DNA from: Patescibacteria group bacterium
GTDB taxonomy: Bacteria; Patescibacteriota; Minisyncoccia; Phycocordibacterales; Zambryskibacteraceae
Reading direction: 5' to 3'
DNA length: 58,823 nucleotides
Assembly: GCA_004322205.1 (NCBI GenBank)
Contig: SCSN01000007.1
Location: forward strand, 1-58,823
The position numbers were made by a program, and so were the translations under genes. Positions 44,707-52,525 of this stretch are shown piece by piece (the first letter of the stretch is position 1; each line of letters opens with the position of its first letter). The notes under the pieces are model-generated. The model saw only the letters and a list, made by a program, of their open reading frames with translations. It did not search any database and had not been told where the DNA came from.

Positions 44707-45081
44707 ATGAACGACCCCGCTTGCATTTTTTGCAAAATTACCAAAAAAGAAATTCCGGCGGAAATCGTGTACGAGGACGAGAACTTTTTAGCTTTTCTCG
44801 ATATCAAACCAGAGTCCCCCGGGCACGCACAGGTAATACCCAAAGAACATTTCCGCTATGTCTGGGACGTGCCAAACGCGGGTGGATTTTTCGAGGTTGT
44901 CAAAAAAATCGCCCGGGCTCAAAGAAAATCATTCGAAACAGACTGGATACTTTCAAAAATCATCGGTGATGAAATAGAGCATGCTCATATTTGGGTCTAT
45001 CCGGGTAACCCCGCGAGGGGAGATAAAAATAATCTCAAGGAAAACGCCGAAAAAATCCGCCAGGTGCTAAGCAACTTATAG
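44707..45081 (+). CDS. HIT (histidine triad) family protein
   Basis: CIFCKI.., triad variant HAHIWVYP. ATG at 44707, 6 nt after TATCAT. Confidence 0.85.
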   Translation: MNDPACIFCKITKKEIPAEIVYEDENFLAFLDIKPESPGHAQVIPKEHFRYVWDVPNAGGFFEVVKKIARAQRKSFETDWILSKIIGDEIEHAHIWVYPGNPARGDKNNLKENAEKIRQVLSNL

Positions 45082-45139
45082 TTATAGATAGTCTTAGCTA
45101 GCAAAAAAGAGTCAAATCAAAATCCCGCCAAAGCCAGCT

Positions 45140-45167
45140 CTTAATGTATCATATATGATATATTAAG
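45140..45167. promoter_or_regulatory. Degenerate copy of the TGTATCATATATGATA palindrome
   Basis: cttaatgtatcata|tatgatatattaag, one mismatch between the arms. Confidence 0.5.
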
Positions 45168-45253
45168 GCAGTTTCTTCAGTTAAGTTCCTTCAGTTAAAA
45201 GTTAAACTTTTATTAATTAAACATTCACTTAACTAGACCTCCGCTTCATACTC

Positions 45254-45658
45254 TCACTTCCTTGAATAAAGAAATTTCCAGCGACCTCTCCCCGCCTTAG
45301 GCGGCAAGCCGGCCCTAAGAATTTTTTCTAGCGCATCCCAAATACTCTCATCGAGTTCTTTCATTGCTCGATTCAAAAAGGAGTATTTGCCTGCCTCACT
45401 CTTAAGTGACATTCTGTAAATTGTTGCCGGACTCATACGAAGTGCCTCGGCAATGTAGGAGACCGGCAAGCCGCGAGAGAGAAGATAAATGACGGAAAAT
45501 CTTTTTGCCAACATTATCTTTTCAGTTTGGGTAAGAAATTCATTCAAGAATTTTATCGTCGCAGACTTTTTGCCAGTTTTCTCCAATGAAAAAACTAACC
45601 TCCGGTATAGATGAGCAAGATGATCCTTTTTCAGTTTTTTGTTTGATACATGCGGCAT
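45254..45658 (-). CDS. TrpR/YerC-like helix-turn-helix protein
   Basis: 134 aa. LTQTEKIMLAKRFSVIYLLSRGLPVSYIAEALRMSPATIYRM matches the Trp-repressor-like HTH pattern. Confidence 0.7.
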   Translation of the reverse strand: MPHVSNKKLKKDHLAHLYRRLVFSLEKTGKKSATIKFLNEFLTQTEKIMLAKRFSVIYLLSRGLPVSYIAEALRMSPATIYRMSLKSEAGKYSFLNRAMKELDESIWDALEKILRAGLPPKAGRGRWKFLYSRK

Positions 45659-45685
45659 ACATTCCTGTTATTTTTTAACACTTAT

Positions 45686-45711
45686 TTAGTGTATCATATA
45701 TGATACACTAA
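45686..45711. promoter_or_regulatory. 26-bp perfect palindrome (candidate operator) 28 nt upstream of the TrpR-like start codon
   Basis: ttagtgtatcatatatgatacactaa, followed at 45737-45778 by three 14-nt direct repeats (ctgtgtatgaagac / ctgtgtacgaacac / caatgtatgaccgc). Confidence 0.6.
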
Positions 45712-45805
45712 CGAAAGTGATTGTCTCACTGATCGCCTGTGTATGAAGACCTGTGTACGAACACCAATGTATGACCGCCCATTACAATCACCCAAGAACT
45801 GCTCA

Positions 45806-46915
45806 CTATTTTAGAGCTTCAATCCCGGACAGAGTCTCATTTGCAAGATACTCAAGCATCGCGCCGCCGGCGGTTGAAACAAAAGTGAACTTGTCTTCGA
45901 GCTTAAGTTCAGCAATCGAAGCAACGGTATCACCTCCGCCAACAATCGTAATGGCCTTGCTCTGGGCAATGGCGCGAGCCAGTGAAAGAGTGCCCTTCCG
46001 AAAACCCATTTCATAATTTCCCAACGGCCCGTTCCACAAGATGAATCGTGAGCTGTCTATCGTTGAACGCAGGGCATTGATAGATTGCGGACCGACGTCA
46101 ACAATCGTATCACCGCTTGTCACATCATCAACAACTTTGAGCTCGATGCCAGAAGCGTTTTTGACAAGAACATCAAGGGGCAGGATAAGTTTTTCCGTGA
46201 AAAATTCTTTGAGATCGAGCTTGCCCTCGGAGAGAATAGAGCGGCCGACATTTTTGCCTTGGGCTTTGAGAAAATCGTTGGCCAGCGCCCCGCCGACAAA
46301 AACACGGTCAGCCAATGAGAAAAACTTCCTGACCAGGGGCATTTTGGTTTCAAACTTGGCTCCGCCGAGCGCGAAGAGAAAAGGATACTCCGGATGAAAG
46401 GCTCGCGAGAGATTTTTCATCTCCTCCTCGAAAACAAAACCTGCAAAGCCAGGCAAAAACTTGGGGACACCAATAATAGAAGCATGCGGGCGGTGGGAGG
46501 CAGAGAATGCTTCGTTGACATAGTAGTCCCCCAGAGACGCCAAGTGCCGAGCAAAATCTTCATCATTACTCCTCTCTTCCGGATAGAAGCGCAGATTTTC
46601 AAGCAAAACAAGTTTTCCTGCACTCAAGTCGCGGCTAAGACCCTCCGGCAGGTCGGGGTAATACTCTTCAATAAACGAAACTGGATAATTCTTTCGCAAA
46701 TAAGTGCAAACGGGCGCCAGGCTGGAGTCGTCTGGGTCGCTGTGACTTGCGAGAATTACCTGAGCCCCCCGCGCGCGCAAAAAATTAATAAGCGGCAAGG
46801 TCTTTCGGATGCGGAAATCATCTGCCACTTCATTGCCCAAAGTGGGAACATTGAAATCAACCCGCACAAAAACTTTTTTCCCGACCAAATCGCCAATGTC
46901 TCGGACGGAGCGCAT
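45806..46915 (-). CDS. pgk: Phosphoglycerate kinase
   Basis: MRSVRDIGDLVGKKVFVRVDFNVP.. from the ATG at 46915. The track ORF extends to 46999, into tpiA. Confidence 0.93.
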   Translation of the reverse strand: MRSVRDIGDLVGKKVFVRVDFNVPTLGNEVADDFRIRKTLPLINFLRARGAQVILASHSDPDDSSLAPVCTYLRKNYPVSFIEEYYPDLPEGLSRDLSAGKLVLLENLRFYPEERSNDEDFARHLASLGDYYVNEAFSASHRPHASIIGVPKFLPGFAGFVFEEEMKNLSRAFHPEYPFLFALGGAKFETKMPLVRKFFSLADRVFVGGALANDFLKAQGKNVGRSILSEGKLDLKEFFTEKLILPLDVLVKNASGIELKVVDDVTSGDTIVDVGPQSINALRSTIDSSRFILWNGPLGNYEMGFRKGTLSLARAIAQSKAITIVGGGDTVASIAELKLEDKFTFVSTAGGAMLEYLANETLSGIEALK

Positions 46916-46919
46916 AACT

Positions 46920-47678
46920 TTATAACCTGCCAACCGCTCGGAGTATTTCCCGAAAGCCGCGCGAGAGGCTGGCGTGCCCGACCAGAAAACCGGAAACATT
47001 CCCCTCCCGAATCAGCTCCGCGGCATTATTCGCCTCGACAGAGCCGCCGTAAACTATTCTCACCGTATCCGCCGCTCTTCTGCCGTACAAGTCGTTGAGA
47101 GTTTTTTGAATAAAGAGAGTGGTTTCATGCAAACCTCGGGCGGAAAGAGCGTCGCGTGCGGTTTTGCCGATTGCCCAGACCGGCTCGTAGGCAACAATAA
47201 TCCCGGGGATGCCGTTTTTCGTGAGTCCTGCGAGTGAGCGTCTTATTTGACCTGCCAGAGCATGAAGATAAGCACCGTGCTCATCACGCTCACCCTCACC
47301 CACGCAGAGAATTGGGGTCAGGCCGGCGGAAAGCGCCGCCGAAACTTTGCGAGAGACAATCTCATCGCTCTCCCCCAGAGCGCGGCGCTCCGAGTGGCCA
47401 ACAATAACATAGCGCACGCCAAGCGAAGCTAACATGGCAGGACTCACCTCTCCGGTCACGGCGCCGCGCGACTGCCAGAAGACATCTTGAGCACCGAGCC
47501 GTACATTTTTGTAACGCTTTCCTGCAAATAGAGAAAGGAAAGGCACAGGTGGAGCAATGACCACTTCAACAGAGCGGAGGGCGCGGGCGGCTGCTCTGGT
47601 CGAAGCAAAGAGACGCTTTGCTTCGACGGGCGAGGCGGGGTTCATCTTCCAGTTTGCAATTACGATATTGCGTGCCAT
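46920..47678 (-). CDS. tpiA: Triosephosphate isomerase
   Basis: 252 aa, IANWKMN, VGHSERR, AYEPVWAIGT-like motifs. Confidence 0.95.
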   Translation of the reverse strand: MARNIVIANWKMNPASPVEAKRLFASTRAAARALRSVEVVIAPPVPFLSLFAGKRYKNVRLGAQDVFWQSRGAVTGEVSPAMLASLGVRYVIVGHSERRALGESDEIVSRKVSAALSAGLTPILCVGEGERDEHGAYLHALAGQIRRSLAGLTKNGIPGIIVAYEPVWAIGKTARDALSARGLHETTLFIQKTLNDLYGRRAADTVRIVYGGSVEANNAAELIREGNVSGFLVGHASLSRGFREILRAVGRL

Positions 47679-47693
47679 TTCGTGTACTATTTC

Positions 47694-49448
47694 TTATTCA
47701 ACCTCGTTCCAAGATAGTATATCCCATCCGCCGGAGGGGCCACTCGAGAAATTTACATTTACCAATCCAGTTTCGTAGGTAATTGTTGCATTGTTTTCCA
47801 GCTCCATTTTGTAAGCGACAGCTTCCTTTGCGCTGGCATTGTTTTCAAATTCGATAGCGCCTCGCTGAGCATTTAATATAACCGCCCCTGCGTTGTTTGA
47901 AATATCAATAGCCCTGGCACCACCGCACGATGAGCTTATCGGACAATCGCTTGTGGTAAGCACCATGATATAACTTCCCAGCTGACCTGACCCCGAAAAG
48001 ACAGTGTTGTTGGAGATTAACACCCGGCCGTCCGTAACAACAACACCGCTGTTGCTACCGTAAGAGGAGAAAAGTTTCACTTGAGCATTATTCGAAACAT
48101 TGATGTTGCCCGCCACCCAGACGGTGCCGGCAACGGTCAGCACTGCTCCGTTTGTAACCGTCAGATTGCCGGTGATTTTGACCGGACCGATGGCGCTGGT
48201 GGTGGCGGTGAAATCGCCGTTAATTACCCCGCCGCCAGAAGCTTCCTCCTTCCACTGGGTAATATTGCCGTCGGAGACGGGAAACTGCTGCGGCGAGGGG
48301 TCGGGCTTACTGGTATTACAGGGCTTGTTGTTGCCCGAGCCAGTCTGGCAGTAGAGATTGCCGCCGATGGTCGAATTGTTGACGGTATGCGCCCAAGCGT
48401 CGCCGCTCACCCCCGTACCCACTGTCACTCCGCTAATGGTCGCAGAAAGTCCGCCCAGAGAGATGGTGAAATAGATATCAAGCGGCGACGGAGTCGGATC
48501 GCTCCAGCTGCCGCCGTACTGACCAACCTTGGCATCACCGTTTGAATAGGCGACATTGGCACCAATGACAAAATAGTTGCTTGACGACTGCGTCGAGCTA
48601 TCTATGACAAGCCAGTAGTCGGTCCCGGCGGCGAGTTGAGGATTGGAAGTAAACACCACGTCAACGAGGGAGTAGTTTGCCGTCACTTGCGAAGCGGAGA
48701 GAGTGCCCGATGCCAGCTTGGTGTTGCTCGGATTATTGCCGTCGGTGCTGGTAACGATTCGCACGGTCGCATTCGAGGGACTGCCGACTTTCTTGATGTA
48801 GAACTGGGCTTTGTTTACGAGAGAAGTAGTTGAAACCTGGAACTTTTGCGCGACATCCTGGCTAGCCGAAGAATTTCGGAAATTAATCCAGTTGGGCGGA
48901 GGAGTCGGAGTGATATTAGACTGATCGAGAGTTAAAGGAATACTGTTGGCGGCAATGGCGTCGCCGGTGACATAGGTGCCGCTCTGACCGGAAATATTAC
49001 CGTTGGCATAGATACTGCCGATGACGCCGGAATTGTTCTCCATTTCAAAACCGCCGTTGCCGACTTGAACCCCGTAGTTAAACGACACCCCGACGCCGGT
49101 GGTGAGCCGCGTCTCAACTTTGCGAATTCGTCCACTCCAGTTAGCGGTTGCCGTTACCACCTTCTCGCCCGCAGAGTCGACGGTATCAACGGCGGCGCTC
49201 TGACCGGAGATAGTCAGCATCTGACCGGAGGAAGAAACTGGGAGCCGATTTTTGAGCCGGTAGACAACATCTTCCATCCCTGCCTCTGCAAGAAAATAGC
49301 TCTCCCGGGAATTAAGCAGATCGGAGACAATTTTCACCTGTCGCAAAACAGGACCGGATATCCCCAAGAGAATAGCAAGAGAGATAAAAACAAAGAAGAG
49401 GACGGCTAGAATCATCGCCTGCCCCGTTTCAACTTTGCGGTTACCCAA
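47694..49448 (-). CDS. Large PilX-like type IV pilus-associated protein with beta-helix-like repeats
   Basis: Hydrophobic N-terminus GQAMILAVLFFVFISLAILLG.. then an Asn/Gly/Thr/Val-rich repetitive body. The ORF is open to 49625, and the TTG at 49448 is preferred. Start uncertain. Confidence 0.65.
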   Translation of the reverse strand: MGNRKVETGQAMILAVLFFVFISLAILLGISGPVLRQVKIVSDLLNSRESYFLAEAGMEDVVYRLKNRLPVSSSGQMLTISGQSAAVDTVDSAGEKVVTATANWSGRIRKVETRLTTGVGVSFNYGVQVGNGGFEMENNSGVIGSIYANGNISGQSGTYVTGDAIAANSIPLTLDQSNITPTPPPNWINFRNSSASQDVAQKFQVSTTSLVNKAQFYIKKVGSPSNATVRIVTSTDGNNPSNTKLASGTLSASQVTANYSLVDVVFTSNPQLAAGTDYWLVIDSSTQSSSNYFVIGANVAYSNGDAKVGQYGGSWSDPTPSPLDIYFTISLGGLSATISGVTVGTGVSGDAWAHTVNNSTIGGNLYCQTGSGNNKPCNTSKPDPSPQQFPVSDGNITQWKEEASGGGVINGDFTATTSAIGPVKITGNLTVTNGAVLTVAGTVWVAGNINVSNNAQVKLFSSYGSNSGVVVTDGRVLISNNTVFSGSGQLGSYIMVLTTSDCPISSSCGGARAIDISNNAGAVILNAQRGAIEFENNASAKEAVAYKMELENNATITYETGLVNVNFSSGPSGGWDILSWNEVE

Positions 49449-49645
49449 CCATGCGAAGCGCGAGTGGCGAATAGCCACATCTCGATTCGGGGCGCAGCGC
49501 TTCGCCCATAAAGGGGAGCACCTATTCGGTGCACGCACTGCGCTCGTATATCTGTGGCAAAGTTGATACGGGGCCTGCCCGGAGGACAAATTTGGCATTG
49601 CTTTTTTTCTATTGCGTTCCATCATCTACGTTAAAAGATCGACGT

Positions 49646-50182
49646 TCAATACGAATTCCTTAAAATAGCGGTACCGTAGAAATTCCTCGAGGCCAGAGAC
49701 GGCCCGCTGCCCGCTTCGACCGTCATTTCAACTTTCAGCGCGGCAGAATTCGGAGTCGATAGCAAGCTAAAGACGAGACTCGTCACCCGAGCTTGCGAGG
49801 GAGTGAGCGGCCCAAGGTCAATGCCGCTCTCTTTCACCCGCAAGATGCTGCCGCTAACAGAGAACTCGACTGTTCGCGGCGCTCCTCCGAGGTCAGTGGT
49901 ATCAAGTACGAGCACTCCCGGGTTAGTTCCAAGGACACTAGCCGGATTAATACTTTTTGCCCTGCGTATTTCCCGAATCATTCGCTCAAAGCCGAAGATG
50001 GCTGAATTCTCAACTTGTTTAGAGGCCTTGAGCCGGCGCTGCGACCCGCCAAGCCCGGAGAGAAGCGCCACCACCACTCCCAAGATGAGAGTAAGGATGC
50101 CGATATAGACAAGGGTCTCCACCAGAGACAGACCACTTGTTGAACTGCGCCGCCGCGTGCATTTTTGAGCAATGCTTATCAT
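49646..50182 (-). CDS. Prepilin-type minor (pseudo)pilin
   Basis: N-terminal ..TSG|LSLVETLVYIGILTL with Glu+5. Confidence 0.75.
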   Translation of the reverse strand: MISIAQKCTRRRSSTSGLSLVETLVYIGILTLILGVVVALLSGLGGSQRRLKASKQVENSAIFGFERMIREIRRAKSINPASVLGTNPGVLVLDTTDLGGAPRTVEFSVSGSILRVKESGIDLGPLTPSQARVTSLVFSLLSTPNSAALKVEMTVEAGSGPSLASRNFYGTAILRNSY

Positions 50183-50673
50183 TAGTTATTGAACAGATTA
50201 GTAATGTAAGTTGAAACCGTCTTGGTGGAAGTGGCGCCATGCTCAAACCAAGAAACGGAAACCACAATCTTGCGGCTGCCCGGATCAAGCGAGCCGCCGC
50301 TCTCCACAATATCGCTTGCCGAGTCACGAAAGACTGACGAGAGAACAAATGTTCTGTCGAAGATGTTATCAATAAGCTGGCGGCTAGTCGTTGCAGTCCA
50401 TGACGAGCCGCTGAAAGCTAGATAGTACAATGTATCGACGGAAAGTGGGACGATATTCCCGTTCCACGAGCTGTCTCGGATGAGCTTAACGGCTTCAATG
50501 CCCTCCTCGGCAAGAAAAGTGGCCTGCACCTTACGAACATTTCCCAAGGAAAGCCGCAGATAGAGATTATAAGCGGCGACCAGAGAGACCAGAAACACCA
50601 AAATAAGCGAGGTGGCAATAATCACTTCCACCAATCCAAACCCTCTGATTTTTCGAAAGGTCAAGATGCTCAC
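50182..50673 (-). CDS. Prepilin-type minor (pseudo)pilin
   Basis: ..KIRG|FGLVEVIIATSL with Glu+5; GTG start. Confidence 0.75.
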   Translation of the reverse strand: MSILTFRKIRGFGLVEVIIATSLILVFLVSLVAAYNLYLRLSLGNVRKVQATFLAEEGIEAVKLIRDSSWNGNIVPLSVDTLYYLAFSGSSWTATTSRQLIDNIFDRTFVLSSVFRDSASDIVESGGSLDPGSRKIVVSVSWFEHGATSTKTVSTYITNLFNN

Positions 50674-50700
50674 AGAAAGTTATTCCATTATTATACCCCC

Positions 50701-51231
50701 TCACTTGACTTCGGTGATACCGGTGGCAAAAATTACCACCGACTTTGTTTGACCGGCGTCCGACTTGAGCGAGAGCGTGGTGGTACCGCTCTCTCCCGTT
50801 GTCCCGGTCAGCCGCTCAAAGACTACCTCCGAACCGCCGCCGGTGAGATTGATTGCAGAAATTACCACCCGATCATGAAGCGGCACAGTTTTGTTTTGGG
50901 GGTCGGTAGACGAATATGAAAAACCTCGGAAAAGCACGACTTGCGCTGTCTCGAAATGCACCCCGTACTGACTCGCCCCCTCTGAAGCCAAAGTGAGAGA
51001 GCGCGCTTCATTTAGGATAGAGACGACTTGCAGAGCCTCTTTATCGAGAACTTCTCTTTTTCCAAGATTGGCAAACGAGGCATAGGTTAAAGTAAGCACC
51101 AGTGCCATAATCCCGATGATAACCACCAGTTCCGCAACCGTAAACCCCGCACGGACCCCGACGTGACGTCGGGGCTGTGACGGGATAAAACCTCCTAGAT
51201 GCCGGATCTTCATAAGATTAAATTTTCTCAA
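50701..51231 (-). CDS. Prepilin-type pilin (GspH/FimT-like)
   Basis: ..VRAG|FTVAELVVIIGIMALV with Glu+5. The start may be the internal ATG at 51213. Confidence 0.75.
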   Translation of the reverse strand: MRKFNLMKIRHLGGFIPSQPRRHVGVRAGFTVAELVVIIGIMALVLTLTYASFANLGKREVLDKEALQVVSILNEARSLTLASEGASQYGVHFETAQVVLFRGFSYSSTDPQNKTVPLHDRVVISAINLTGGGSEVVFERLTGTTGESGTTTLSLKSDAGQTKSVVIFATGITEVK

Positions 51232-52435
51232 CCAGTGAGTAGGTCGGGGCTAGCATTGAGATGGCAAAGATTCCCACCACCAGCCCAATGAAAATCATTA
51301 AGAGCGGCTCGATTAATGTTGACATGTCTTTGGTCTTCTGATCGACTGTCTCTTCGTAAAAATTTGCCACATTGAGAAGCATCTCCGCCATTTTGCCTGT
51401 CTCCTCTCCGACACTCATCATTTCTGCGACAAACGGCGGATAGAGGCGGTCGTAGGCGGTAAAAATAGATGACATTGGATCGCCCCGCTCGACAGCAGCC
51501 AGCGCCGTCGCCAAAACTTTCTTGAAGTGTGAGTTCTGGATAACCTCTTGCGTTACTCCCATGGCTACAACCACGTCAACCCCGGACGAAAGAAGGGAAG
51601 AAAGGGTGCGAGCTGTCCGCGCCGAATTTATTTCTTTTACCATTTCTCTAATAATGGGAATAGAAAGAAGAAGACTGTCGAAAAAGCGTCTGCCGCGCGA
51701 ACTGCGCCGAAACCATAAGAATCCAGCGACAACGACTAGAACGGCGAGACCAACAAGGCTTACTTGATTGCGTAAGAAATTGCTTATGGCAATAATTACT
51801 CGGGTCGAGAGGGGCAGTTCAACGCCAATTCCCTGGAAGGTTGCAGTCAAAGTCGGCACCATGTAGATCATCATAAGCACTCCGATGACAATTATGAGCG
51901 TCACGATGATGGCGGGATAGATCATTGCTCCCCGCACTTTTCTTGTAAGGTTGTAAGTCTTTTCCAGCTGAAGCCCGATAATCCGGAGAGACTCGGCTAA
52001 ATTACCGCTCTCCTCGCCGGCCTTGACCATGGAAACAAAGAGAGTAGAGAAGATGTTGGAAAACTCTTTCATCGACTCACTTAAGGTCTTGCCGCGGCTG
52101 ACGCTATCTAGCAAAGTGGAGAGAACGGCTTTGAGTTTTTTGTTTTTTGTCTGCCGCTCCATGACACCGAGCGCTCGAGTCAGCGGCAACCCGGCCGAGA
52201 TCATGGCGCCGAGGTTCTTGGCAAGATTGATTCGGTCAACGGCGCTAACCTTGCCGAAGAAGGAGCGAAAGTGAGCGAGAATTCTGGCCTTGGCGGCAAA
52301 CTCTTCTCTGACAAAAAGAATGCTCTGGCCGTCAGCCTTAACCTTACGATAGACAACAAAACGGTCCGGCGCTTCCATCCGCCCTTCAACTGTTTGTCCG
52401 TCCACCGCTACTGCTTTGTAAAAAAACATTGCCAT
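51218..52435 (-). CDS. pilC: Type IV pilus / T2SS platform protein PilC (GspF family)
   Basis: About 405 aa with two GspF repeats and 3 TM segments. MAMFFYKAV.. start preferred over 52462. Confidence 0.9.
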   Translation of the reverse strand: MAMFFYKAVAVDGQTVEGRMEAPDRFVVYRKVKADGQSILFVREEFAAKARILAHFRSFFGKVSAVDRINLAKNLGAMISAGLPLTRALGVMERQTKNKKLKAVLSTLLDSVSRGKTLSESMKEFSNIFSTLFVSMVKAGEESGNLAESLRIIGLQLEKTYNLTRKVRGAMIYPAIIVTLIIVIGVLMMIYMVPTLTATFQGIGVELPLSTRVIIAISNFLRNQVSLVGLAVLVVVAGFLWFRRSSRGRRFFDSLLLSIPIIREMVKEINSARTARTLSSLLSSGVDVVVAMGVTQEVIQNSHFKKVLATALAAVERGDPMSSIFTAYDRLYPPFVAEMMSVGEETGKMAEMLLNVANFYEETVDQKTKDMSTLIEPLLMIFIGLVVGIFAISMLAPTYSLVEKI

Positions 52436-52491
52436 GATTATCAACCGACAACCGGCAACCAAAAGCTGATGACTTTTGTATTATTCGCAGA

Positions 52492-52522
52492 CATTCGTAT
52501 CATTCGCACTATTCGTATATTC
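52492..52522. repeat. 31-nt element cattcgtatcattcgcaYtattcgtatattc (copy 1), between pilB and pilC
   Basis: 30/31 identical to 58653-58683. Both copies lie 50-57 nt upstream of a minus-strand start codon. Confidence 0.7.
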
Positions 52523-52525
52523 ATT

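Noticed and set aside
49449-49625. 59-codon N-terminal extension of the PilX-like ORF as real coding sequence
   Set aside because: The peptide is Arg/Cys-rich, unlike pilin leaders, and the hydrophobic PilX-type segment starts right after the TTG at 49448. It is kept only as an uncertainty.
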